From Savitreella phatthalungensis (taxonomy: Eukaryota), in assembly GCA_051599415.1 (NCBI GenBank), contig AP039711.1:124001-188000 (forward strand): 64,000 nt of DNA. Reading direction: 5' to 3'. Under the pieces are notes generated by a model that was not told the DNA's origin, made no database searches, and saw only the letters and a list, made by a program, of their open reading frames with translations. The stretch's first letter is position 1, and each line of letters opens with the position of its first letter. Shown here piece by piece: positions 40,782-51,800 of this stretch. A program made the translations under genes and the position numbers.

Positions 40782-42365
40782 CTATCCGTCAATGTTCATG
40801 TCGTCAAACTCGTCGAGAAGCTCGTCGATACCGATTTCCGGTGCTTCTTCATCGTCGCCTCCGGCATCAGTCATCGCGTCTGCCTCTGCCTGCTGCTGCT
40901 GACGGCGAGCTTCGGCTTCAGGGTCGCGGTATAGATTGACGGTGTGACGAAGTTCCTCATCTTCCTCAAGATCACGAAGGAATTGCTCATAGTCAGCCTC
41001 GAACTTGGCCTGATCGACCTTGTCATTGCCACCAGTGGCATTCGCACCACGCTTGCTACCCTTCTTGGCCGTCGGAGTGTCTTCCTCATCCGCGTGCTCT
41101 GCCTTTGTCAGAGACTTGAGCTTCCAATTACGAGCCTTCTGCTTGCGCCGTCTGTTTGCGTAAGATTTCTTGACCAGGATCACCTCCGGAACCTTGTCCT
41201 GTGGCAGGCTGTCGAAGATGGCGTCATTCAAGTTTGTTACTCCCAAGTGGTAACCGAGGACTGTGTCTCCTGGCTGAAGGATACCTCCTAGATGGGAGCG
41301 CACGATCCAGGTCTGATCTGCGCCAGTGAGGGTGCTACGAACGACTTCAACATCGGCGAGTACATATTTGCCGCGCGTCTCGCCTGTGACTTCGACGTCG
41401 AGCACCGTGAACTCTACCATGTCCTTTACGTCGGCAAGAGACTTGAACGGCTGCCGCCAGTAGACTGCATTCGGCAGATCAGCAGTGGCCAAGCTGACTG
41501 GGTCGACAAAATGCACAGAGTTGGAAACTTTGTTGGCGAGGACGAGCTGTGGGATGTTACTCAGGGCTTTTGCCGTCTGCTTTGGCAGACAGATAAGATC
41601 GTCTTTGCAGATGGGAATCAGCTCGACACTGTATGTGTACTTGAAGTTTGCGGTACCGTTCTTTCGGTCACCACTGACGAGCTCCTCGGACGATTTCGCC
41701 TGGACAGGCACCACGGTCTGGAGAAAGTCGACCATCTTGATGGCCTGGTTGCGATTGACAAAATAAAAGTTGAGACCGTCTTTTGCCTCTTGGATGTTCA
41801 TGGCATCTCTGTGTGCGCTGTGCTTGAGGATGAGCTGTTCAAGGTAGATGAAGGTGCGCTTGTGCTGTACTTTCTGGCGGATTTGCACACATGCCTTCCA
41901 GGTGTGGTGAGTGAACGTCTTTGCACAGTCTGGACACTGCTGATAACCGACTGTGAACTCGACTTCGAAGGCCTGCTGTAGGATGGTAGAGGTGAATGCC
42001 TCCTTCTGGATGACGAGGATGACTTTGATGCGGCGGGAATGTGGTTCTGTCCACTTGAATTTGGCATCGATCAGTCTGACCTTATTCAGACCTTTTATTT
42101 TGCGCAGGCATAGTGCTAGAAGCTCGCGAGACTCGAGCTCTGCCTTGACCCATTGTGTAGGGGGCATTAGATACCGTTCGCAATCTCGGCAGAAGTTGAC
42201 CACGCCTTCTCTTGGAATACCCTCGGTGATATCTGTGTTGAGCTTGATGCAGTTGACGCACATAGCTGCTGGGTTTGGGGCGATAGGAACGCCACACTGG
42301 CAACAGAGTATGCGAGCCTCTGTTGGAGCGGCATTGGAATAACCTTGTACGGCGTCAATATCCAT
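40782..42365 (-). CDS. NMD3: 60S export adaptor Nmd3
   Basis: ILCCQCGVPI.PN.A.MC.NC, LESRELLALCLRK, WTEPHSRRIKV, QIRQKV.HKRTF.YLEQLILKH, YEQFLRDLEEDEELR. First ATG at 42365. Confidence 0.98.
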   Translation of the reverse strand: MDIDAVQGYSNAAPTEARILCCQCGVPIAPNPAAMCVNCIKLNTDITEGIPREGVVNFCRDCERYLMPPTQWVKAELESRELLALCLRKIKGLNKVRLIDAKFKWTEPHSRRIKVILVIQKEAFTSTILQQAFEVEFTVGYQQCPDCAKTFTHHTWKACVQIRQKVQHKRTFIYLEQLILKHSAHRDAMNIQEAKDGLNFYFVNRNQAIKMVDFLQTVVPVQAKSSEELVSGDRKNGTANFKYTYSVELIPICKDDLICLPKQTAKALSNIPQLVLANKVSNSVHFVDPVSLATADLPNAVYWRQPFKSLADVKDMVEFTVLDVEVTGETRGKYVLADVEVVRSTLTGADQTWIVRSHLGGILQPGDTVLGYHLGVTNLNDAIFDSLPQDKVPEVILVKKSYANRRRKQKARNWKLKSLTKAEHADEEDTPTAKKGSKRGANATGGNDKVDQAKFEADYEQFLRDLEEDEELRHTVNLYRDPEAEARRQQQQAEADAMTDAGGDDEEAPEIGIDELLDEFDDMNIDG

Positions 42366-42980
42366 GATGAGCAACCGACCAGTTGAAAGAATGCGAATAT
42401 GTGACTCTTTGAGCGCTTCAAGTCAATTCCTTCCACGCCTTTTCCAAGAGTCGTTGGAGAACTCTTCTGCTGACGATAGAAGAAGAGATGATGCTGAAGA
42501 TATTATCTAAGAGTATCTGTACGAAGCTATGTGTATGTGTGTGTATGTGATTGTTGCTTTGTGCCTAGCTTGTCTTCGATCGTCTGACGTTGACCCTGAT
42601 CATGATCGATCGAGTTATTTTTATATGTATGCAGATATGAAATGATGAGTCTTTCTTGACTGATCAGATATTCTGCATTCATCGTTTGAATATTTGTATG
42701 CACGGATGATTGAGATGGATGGATGAATTGATCATGCGCATATGTGTAATTTACATTTGAATTGCAATCAGCATGCTGCAATTGATCTCCACCGCCCAGG
42801 CACAGCACATACATCAGTCGATATATTATACACAGTATACAGTATACTCGTGATAGGTGTATCTGTACACCTTCAAGATACTGTGCTTGAGCCCAGATCA
42901 TATCATCACTCTCTACACATCTACAAGTGGATGCTATTTCAATCTACTTCCTCTTCCATCTTCTACGATCTCTACTTGTC

Positions 42981-44411
42981 ATGAAGGGTAAGCGCAATCA
43001 CCTGAAGCGCACGGCAGATGAGGCTCGAATCGATGACAGACTCCACAAGACCGACGATGTTCGGCTCAAGAAAGCCGGTAGTGGATCTCGCAAAGGTACA
43101 AAGGCATGGCGGAAGAACGTCGATGTCAGCGAGGTTGAAGACGGAATGCAGCGTGTCAGGGATGCTCAAATTGGGGGTGGCATCGTAGGTGAAAAGCCAG
43201 ATGGGCAGCTGTTCAAGGTCGATGTTGCTGGTGACAATGGGATTGCTCTTAAGGAGAGGTCACGTGGCAGGAACCAAGCACCTCTCAGATCCGACCAGAT
43301 TCTTGCTCTCAACTCTGCCATTGCTCCTGTCAATAACCTTTCCCACCGGACCTCAAAGCTCGGTACTGGAATAATTCACAAGAAGGTCAAGGGTGCCTTG
43401 CCAGCTTCTGAAATCAGACGCCTCAAGAAGATTGCTGGCAGGATGGACCAGGCAAAAGCCGGACAGACTGCCGCTGCATCGATGCAGAATGACAAGGTCA
43501 AGACTTTCGATGTATGGGGTGATGGTGGTGGTGACGCGGCTGAGAAAGAGAAACCGTTTGCCGGTGGCTGGGTCGAACCGAAGCGTACAAAACGTGCGCC
43601 TAAGACGTATGGCAAAGCGCCGGAGAATCTGACACATGATGGTGATACCGTTGCTCAGGTCCTGATCGCTGAAGAAGGTCAATCGTACAATCCGCCGATC
43701 GAGGAATGGAATGAGCTTCTGTCTCGTAAAGCCGAGGAGGAAACCACACGCGAAGAGCGCAGAGGGCCTGCAAAGACTATCAAGGCTGCACAGGCCAAGG
43801 ACGAGCGATTGTCGATGCCATTGGGTTTGCTTGATGACGACGGAGAAGAAGATCAAGTGGATGACGCTGACGAGTCCGTCGAGCGATTCACCGCACCCGT
43901 GGTCCGGGAGAAGAAGACTCAGCAGCAGCGCAACCGGGAAGCTCGGATTGCCAAACGGCTAGAATTCGAAGCCGCCAACAGAGCCGCAAAAGCTGAGCGA
44001 AGAGCACTCCAGGCAGCAGTTGAGCTCGCGAAGCGTGAAGGCTCCTCTGCACGAGTGGCAAGTCTCTTGGATGCACACTTGGGCGCGGTAGTGCGTTCCC
44101 ATGATGCTGCGGATGATGAGGTTGCCAGTGTGGCAGAGACAGCGACGACGCTCGGCGAGACGCGGATGCCACTTATGCGAAAGCGCAAGTTTGGCAAGCA
44201 TGCTCTCCCTCAGGACCCGCTTGAGGTTCAATTGAGTGATGAGCTTGCAGAGTCCCTCCGCACGCTCAGACCAGAGGGCAACGTCTTCAAGGACAGGTTC
44301 CTGTCGCTTGTCAAGCGGGGCGTCGTCGAGGCACGAATTCCACATACGCTCAAGCGCAGGTATGCTCTGATGAAGCGCGAGAAGTATTCACACAAGTACG
44401 GCAAATACTGA
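42981..44411 (+). CDS. NOP53: 60S biogenesis factor Nop53
   Basis: SRKGTKAWRKNVDV, AIM-like LFKVD, GQSYNP, LEVQLSDELAESLRTLRPEGNVFKDRF.SL.KRG.+EAR. ATG at 42981. Confidence 0.95.
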   Translation: MKGKRNHLKRTADEARIDDRLHKTDDVRLKKAGSGSRKGTKAWRKNVDVSEVEDGMQRVRDAQIGGGIVGEKPDGQLFKVDVAGDNGIALKERSRGRNQAPLRSDQILALNSAIAPVNNLSHRTSKLGTGIIHKKVKGALPASEIRRLKKIAGRMDQAKAGQTAAASMQNDKVKTFDVWGDGGGDAAEKEKPFAGGWVEPKRTKRAPKTYGKAPENLTHDGDTVAQVLIAEEGQSYNPPIEEWNELLSRKAEEETTREERRGPAKTIKAAQAKDERLSMPLGLLDDDGEEDQVDDADESVERFTAPVVREKKTQQQRNREARIAKRLEFEAANRAAKAERRALQAAVELAKREGSSARVASLLDAHLGAVVRSHDAADDEVASVAETATTLGETRMPLMRKRKFGKHALPQDPLEVQLSDELAESLRTLRPEGNVFKDRFLSLVKRGVVEARIPHTLKRRYALMKREKYSHKYGKY

Positions 44412-44475
44412 GCCCACGACAGACTGACCTTATACTGTCTATACTGTACATATATCTATCTGACGATCGGCATTT

Positions 44476-46317
44476 TTATCGTGCCTCATCACGCTTGTAC
44501 TCGATGAACGCTTCCAGATTCTGTAAAGCCTCGTCGCATCGCTGCCAGGTGCGTGGATCTCGACGCTTGTCCGTGGTGTTGCGCATCTGTCTGACTTTTG
44601 GCAGTGCGGCTGTCAGATGGTGTGCGAATCTGCCTGTGACGAAGACCGGTGTATCATAGTCAAAGGCTGCGTCTCCATAGACCTCGAAAATCGCGTCGAG
44701 CGCTTCCAGCGCGCATTCGCGATCGGTTGAAGGCAATTGTGCGATTGTGGTAATGAGGAACGTGCCGGCGGCGCGATTCACCTGGATGCGACCCTGCGAT
44801 CGTGCGAGTGCCCCGATCAGACCCACGATACGAGACTGGAAAAGACCATTGAGTGACGAGCTGTATAGCTTGACGAGATCGTTGATTTCGGCAGGCGTAC
44901 ACGCCACGTCACCATTGTGGTACAGGGCGACTGCATACATGAGCGATAGTGCGCTCTCTGCCACGTCTTCGTCGCCTGTGACGAGGATTCGAGGCAAAGT
45001 TGCTACTGACCATGACCATAGCTCACGTGATTGTGTTTCCCAAGCGAATTGTGATGCGATCGCGGCACCCAAGGACTGCATCGACCATGCCAGGTTATGC
45101 AGTGTATCAAGTGCAAAAGTGTGAATACCAAGCAACTGTCCGGGATAAGCTGCATCGCCAACTTCTCCGTCAGCCGAGTTCTCGGGATTGCCGTTCGCCT
45201 CTGCGCTCGGATTTCCTGGAATGACTATGGGAGTCGCCCAGCTCACGACAGCGGGTAATAATTGTGTGTGCACCTGAGAAAAAACGTACTTCTGCAGCTC
45301 GTTCAGCGAAGGTGCAGCATCAACATCCGGCATCTCGTCCTGGCCTTCCTCTCCATCAACCGTCACAGCTTTCGATAATGCCTCGAGCGAGGTCTCCACG
45401 GTGGCGAGGAACTGCGGACGATCTTTTGTATCGATGGACATGATGGTATCTGCCGTTGTCGCAGTCAAGGTACGCTGTAGGACGGATATGATGTGGGACG
45501 GTGCTCGACTCAGCTCAGGATACAGCATACTGCTAGACCGGCGTGCAAAGACAATCTCCTGCAGAGATGCCGTCAGCAGAGCTGCCAAGTAGAGCTCGCT
45601 AGTGTGACTGGCGAACAGAAGACCGAGCAAATCTGTATCTGCGAGCACTTGATCTACAGCGCCCTCATTATCATCCAAAAAGCTAAGCAGGCACTGCGCT
45701 GCTGCAACCCGTGCATCGTTCGCTGTAGCATCAGTTATCGCCAGCACCGCTCTCAGGAATGGTAATAAGGCAGGGACCTGCCGATTAATGGAGTTCAGAA
45801 CAGCATCTGACGTTTCGACCAGTCCAAGCATGACCGATGCCATTGCCTCTGCCAGCTGATAGCCGTACTTGAGCTTCTGCATATCGTTCACTCCACTGAC
45901 ATCTGTTGACCATTTAGACATCCGAGTCTGAAGTGTTGCGAGTGCGTTCGCGTGGAACAGCTGCTGACAGACGTCTGCAACAGAATCATCATTTAACACG
46001 AGATTTCGCAACGCAACTGCAGCTGCCACCACAGTCTGCGAATCGTCGTCTGTTAGGTGGTCCAGCAGCAATTTCGCCGTCTCCGCTTTCAGTAGAGCTT
46101 TCCTGTTTCCAGCATCGTTCAGAGCCATCTCACCGATCGCCAAGCATGCTTGACAACGTTCTCCAGCATCGCTCGACTTCAGTTTTGCGAGGAACGGCTT
46201 GATCTGGCTGTTATTTGAGAGTCGAGCGGCGTGCGTCGATGTACCAGGACTCTCCCCTGTGCCAGCTGGGCTGTAACGTAAATTTGTACGCCTCCTACCG
46301 CTCTTCGATCTGCCCAT
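44476..46317 (-). CDS. SYO1: Symportin 1 (Syo1/HEATR3), ARM/HEAT import adaptor for uL5/uL18
   Basis: Basic N-terminus MGRSKSGRRR, ALRNL ARM repeat, C-terminal EALDAIFEVYGD..FDYD.PVF...EALQNL.AFI.YK. Confidence 0.85.
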   Translation of the reverse strand: MGRSKSGRRRTNLRYSPAGTGESPGTSTHAARLSNNSQIKPFLAKLKSSDAGERCQACLAIGEMALNDAGNRKALLKAETAKLLLDHLTDDDSQTVVAAAVALRNLVLNDDSVADVCQQLFHANALATLQTRMSKWSTDVSGVNDMQKLKYGYQLAEAMASVMLGLVETSDAVLNSINRQVPALLPFLRAVLAITDATANDARVAAAQCLLSFLDDNEGAVDQVLADTDLLGLLFASHTSELYLAALLTASLQEIVFARRSSSMLYPELSRAPSHIISVLQRTLTATTADTIMSIDTKDRPQFLATVETSLEALSKAVTVDGEEGQDEMPDVDAAPSLNELQKYVFSQVHTQLLPAVVSWATPIVIPGNPSAEANGNPENSADGEVGDAAYPGQLLGIHTFALDTLHNLAWSMQSLGAAIASQFAWETQSRELWSWSVATLPRILVTGDEDVAESALSLMYAVALYHNGDVACTPAEINDLVKLYSSSLNGLFQSRIVGLIGALARSQGRIQVNRAAGTFLITTIAQLPSTDRECALEALDAIFEVYGDAAFDYDTPVFVTGRFAHHLTAALPKVRQMRNTTDKRRDPRTWQRCDEALQNLEAFIEYKRDEAR

Positions 46318-46616
46318 GACTTCAGTCTTCTGTCTGCCGGGCCTATATCAGCACCTGATTGACATTGGCAGTCGATGTGATGGTGCCTGATGGACTGCCT
46401 GACGTTATGGAGTGATCGATGTTGATCCATATGCATACACAGTTCTAAGTCGATTGACTCGATCAATCGAGCAATCGATCATGTGCTATTCTTAGAACAG
46501 ACAAAATACACCCTTCCTATCAGTATGTGTTAGAGCGCAATGACAAAAGACTGTGTCCGTCAGACAGCACGTCCTCGTCCTCATCCTCATCTTCCCGAGA
46601 TCTTTGTGATGCTCTG

Positions 46617-48743
46617 ATGGCAGACGCCGAAGCGCCACGGCGCATTCAGAAATTAGACGAAGCAGTTGTCGTAAGTTGAACTCGTCATATATTCTTGATC
46701 CGATGGCTAATCAGAGCGCAGAACCGTATCGCTGCTGGAGAGATCATTGTCAGACCCTCGAATGCCCTTAAGGAGCTACTCGAGAACTCGATCGATGCTG
46801 GAGCCAAGTCGATCGATATCCTTGTCAAGGATGGCGGCTTCAAGCTCCTTCAGATCACGGACAACGGCTGTGGGATAGATCATCTCGATCTGCCCATCCT
46901 CTGCCACCGCCATACCACATCCAAGCTCACAACTTACAATGATTTGGACAGCATTGCCACATATGGCTTCCGCGGTGAAGCACTTGCCAGTGTTACACAC
47001 GTCGCGCAGGTCACCATCACAACGAAAACAGCAGCAAGCGATTGTGCATATCGAGCAATGTACATCGATGGAGAGCTCGCACCTGAGACACAGGCTGGTG
47101 GTCCAAATCCAAGGCCAGCTGCTGGTCGTCAGGGCACCGTGATCGCTGTAGAAAACATGTTCTACAACATGGGCACGCGCAGGCGTGGACTCGACAAAGC
47201 CTCAGATGAATATGGTCGTATCCTAGACGTTGTCGGCAGGTATGCCATCGAGCATGCGGGCATTGCTTTCTCCTGCAAGCGACACGGCGAAAGCTCCAAC
47301 GGTCTTAATACGCATATGCGCAATTCCAGCCTCGACAACATACGGGTCGTTTATGGTTCGGCGGTCGCGGCCGAGCTGGAGAAGATCGAGGTCGAGCATG
47401 AGGAGCTCTCTTTCAGAGCACATGGGCTCGTTTCCAGCGCGAATTATAATATGCGAAAGCTCCAAATGTTGCTCTTCGTCAATCGTCGCCTGGTAGAATC
47501 GTCGACGATTCGGAGAGGTGTTGAGAACGTTTACGCCGCGTACTTGCCGAAGGGTACTCATCCGTTCGTCTACTTATCACTCAACATCAATCCGGCACGT
47601 ATTGACGTCAACGTGAGCCCCACCAAACGCGAAGTTCATATCCTTAACGAGGACGAGATCATCGATGTTTTGCGTGACACTATCATCAAGAAGATCGATC
47701 AAAGCGACCACTCCCGCACCTTTCAGACAAAGACAGTGATTCAAGCAAGGGCATTCGATGCTGACATCGAGGCTGAAAAGCTACACCGCAGTCAGCCAAG
47801 CCAGACTGTGGCGCCGATGCAGACAAGCACGATTGGAAAGCCACCGGCGCCTTCGCACTTTGTTCGTACGGACGCGAAGCAGCAGAAAATTTCGAGCATG
47901 TTTGAAGCCAGAGCTCCAGTCGCAAGAGATGACACTGACCGCGCGAGGGTCAGCATCCGATTGACCAGCGTGAAGGACCTCAGAGCAGCTGTCAGAGACG
48001 CCTTGCACGAGGACCTGACGGCAATCATCAGCGAGCACGTGTTTGTTGGCGTGGCATGCTTCCGCAGACGACTTGCCATGATGCAGCACTTGACGAAGCT
48101 ATACCTGGTGGATTATGGCGCACTCTCTTACGAGCTCTTCTACCAACTCGGGCTGTCGGAGTTCGGCAATTTTGGGGCAATCATGTTGGATCCTCCACTA
48201 TCGCTTCAAGATGTCCTCGAGCGCGCCTACGAGCGACCTGCCGAGCACCAGACTGACATTCGCAATGCTCACAAGCGCATCATGGACATGCGCGAAATGC
48301 TCCAGGAGTACTTTGCCATCGACATCACCGAGTCTGGCGAGCTCAAACAAATACCGCTTCTTCTCAAGGGCTATACTCCTCCGCTCTCGAAGTTGCCCCG
48401 TTTCCTCGCCAGCCTAGATACCCTTGTCGACTGGGACGACGAGAAAGCCTGTTTTGACACGTTCTTGCGCCAATTAGCACTGTTCTACGTGCCGGCGTCT
48501 TATACTTCGCAGGCTGTCCTAGATGCTCTAGAGGCGCCACCGCTGGCAGAGCCTGATCGGGTCGAGAGATTTGATGTGGTCCAGGAAGATCCGACTGAGA
48601 TCGAACTTAAACGCGTTGTCGAAACCTCGCTCTTTCCAGCATTTAAACGTCGACTGATATGCACGACCGAGCTCGCCAAGTCTGGGTACGTGACACAGCT
48701 GACCGATCTGCCGGAGCTCTATAAAGTTTTCGAAAGGTGCTAA
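46617..48743 (+). CDS. MLH1: DNA mismatch repair protein Mlh1; intron 46671-46721
   Basis: Exon 1 MADAEAPRRIQKLDEAVV splices (GTAAGT..CTAAT..CAG) to NRIAAGE; ELLENSIDAG, DNGCGI, YGFRGEALAS, C-terminal LYKVFERC. Confidence 0.98.
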
Positions 48744-48879
48744 GTGGTTCGAGCGCCTCTCAAATCTCAACGCCACATTAGACAGCTGACAAGTCGCTTG
48801 ATGAATCGACGAAAATGCCTACGAAACCCCTATTGTATTCACATAATTCTTATTAACCTCGATGGATCGCACGTGTGTG

Positions 48880-51800
48880 TTACCCTTTAGACCAGAAGTA
48901 GCCGCCTTGGCCTGAAGCGGCTGGCTGTGGTGGTGAGACGTGATTGCCACTGCTGTTGTTGCTGTTGTTATGGAGGTTGTGGTGATGGTGCATCCCAGGC
49001 TCCGGTGTCTTTGAGCGGCGAAGCGCACGAGCCGCTCGAGCACGTTTCGATTCTTTCTCTGGTGGTTCATCAAAGGCAGGACTGACTGCAGCTGACGAGG
49101 ATAAGTCGCCTGCCGCTGAAGTAAAGATTCCTGGGCTGCCGCGAGGAGATCGCTTGTCCAGTCCTGATTCGGACTCTGGCGATTGCGCTGTGCTGGCTGA
49201 GCCGCCTGTACGCTGCTGCTGTTGGGTCATGGCGTTTGCCGCCGCTGCAGCGGCCTGCTTGTGCTTGTCGGACGATGCCCACAGCCTCTGGCGAACAGAC
49301 TTGCCGCCTGACCGTGCGGACTGCGCGGCTGCAGCAGCCGCTGCAGGCAGCAACGAGCTTGCAAGCGTGTCGTTGAAGCTATCTGCTGGAAACACCGGTG
49401 GACCATTCTGCTGCTTTCGCGACGACGTCTTATTGGCGGCGTGAAGCTTGGGCGCCTCGCTACGCAGCAGTGTATCGAGTTTGAAGCTAGCTTCTGAGCG
49501 GTTGTCCTCGACGACTGTGGTTGCTGTCGATACATTGTGCTGCTTACCATCGTCGAAAGTGCCACAATCAATACGTTGTCTGGAGGGACTGAGGAAGCCA
49601 GGTTGATCTGCCGAACTGCCTTTGCCATGCGTCGCCACGTATGGAGGTGTGACACCTGGTCTGGCCTGCCTCGGAAAAGCATAGCCGCTAGCGAGCGGGC
49701 TGCCTACCGTGACCCGGTCCGTGCTCGGGCTTGCAGGCGCCTTTTTGTTGCGCTGTGGCGACGTATCGAAGCCTGGAGACGTGAAGCTGGATGTTGATGG
49801 TGTCCGAGTCAAAGAGCGAGCAAGGATTGCCGCGACGCGCGAGTCATAGACGGTAGCAGGCGCCGCATCGGCGACATGATTTGGCCCGGTGGCGACCGCT
49901 GTCTTGGCCGCACCGACAGTCGAGTCCTCTGCAAAGAAGACGTCAAGATTGTGCAGAGCTGAGACCATATCGCCAAGGTTGGACTCGGTCGCATCGATCG
50001 ACATCATCGTGTCGCTGCGATCACTTGGTGCCCGGTAGTTGTACTCTTCAATGTGGAATTGCACAGGCTTCAACGATGTGTCATCTGCTTGAGCATCTTC
50101 CGGTGTACATGTGTAGAATACAGCATGGATGTTGGCCCGCGTGCTTGCCGCCGCGACAAGTGGCATTGGTATCGCCCAACCGCTGTCTTCTGGAATACCG
50201 AATAGGGTAGCTGTCTTCTCGTACTCCTTCCGAATGAGTCGATTACCGAGGGACATCCGCAAGACTTGTCGGTCTTTCGGACCGCTGCGAATGGCGATCG
50301 CCTTGTCTAGAACCTCGAGAGCCTGAGGCGCCAGCTCGGTCTGAAGCAGACGGAGAAGCGGCGAGATGAGATCGGCTCCAACACCGGCAAACTCGACTCG
50401 AGAAGTATCTGCGTATGGCAGAAGCGCCTTCAGCAAGTCCATGGTGCACACTTTCATCCACTGAGCCCGATGGCTTAAAAGGCCGAGCCAGGTGATTAAG
50501 ACATGTGCTTCGTGCTGTGGTAGGAAAGTCGATCGAATTGCACCGACAATCTGCTTCGCAAATTCCTCGCTGTTGCGGAAACGGCCTTTGGCGACGGATG
50601 TCAAAGTCCGTGATAGACTCTCATGGCCCTGTGCTTGCGCGACGATCGCCATCGCGTTCGCGGCTGACTCACTTTCTGGGCTCAAACCACCTTCGCCAAT
50701 CTCGCGTACGAACACTGGCAAATTGTGGAGAAGGCAATCGAGCATCCGGCTGTCTCCACCGACGACCGGATTGCTCGGTATCCTAATGAGCTGATTCAAC
50801 AGGCGTAGACACGAGTCCGAACATTGCTCTGACCGCACACCCTTGAGGAGCGGTCGGAACAGTCCGGCGAACGCGCCGTCCCATTGCGACGGCTTCTGCG
50901 AGAGCAGGAAGTCGACGTTCTCCTCTGCTGCAAGATCGACCTTTGCGATGATGAGGTCGATGATCTTGCATGCTTCCATGAATTCGTCCTCGTGGATCGT
51001 GTCCAGACAGGCAGCTGTCGCCCAGAACAGCTGCGGTAGGCTGGCAAAATCCTTCGCCTCCATTGATGCCACGACGTGGTGCATCGTGTAAAGGATTTCC
51101 ATGGCAAACGCCTCGATATCTTTCGAGTCGTCTGCGATAGTGTTGGAAAGTCTCGCGAGCATGTCTGCAAGCGTCTCCTGGCTTACATCGACAGCGAGAC
51201 AACGGTATACTTGAAAAGCACGGCAAGCCATGTGCCGAACGGGACACGAAGTAGCCCATTGGAGAGCTAGCTTGCTCCAGGTCCTTCGCAGGTCAGGAAC
51301 GGCGCCCTCGCAGATCGTCAGCACTTTTTCGACCATCGGTCCGAGGTTGGCTGGCACACGCTTCGGCAAATCTGGACAGGCTAGCTCATCGTAGGCCCAG
51401 AAGCCCTTCGATTCGCGTTGACGAATGCTCTTGAGGAACTCGACCGCTTGTGCGCGCCGCTCCGGGTCCGTGTCCACGTGCATCGTAAGATTGTATCCGA
51501 GATACATGAGCAGCTCTCTTGCCTGTTCTTGAACGAGTGGAATGTAGTGATCGAGCATGACGAACACAGCCTGTAACATGAGCGGCACGTGTGTCACGAG
51601 ACCTGGCACTGGCTCTACGAGCAGATCGACGATGAAAACGAGGGCAAGCTGGCCGAGTGAAAAGACGACGCCGCGTTGCTGAACGTCAAACACGCGATCC
51701 AGGTCAGCAACATATGGTAGTTGGAGTCCTTCAAGTGAAGGACGCTGTGCCTCGCGCAACAATGGAATCATCGACCTCGGTTCGAGATGAAGCAAGAGTG

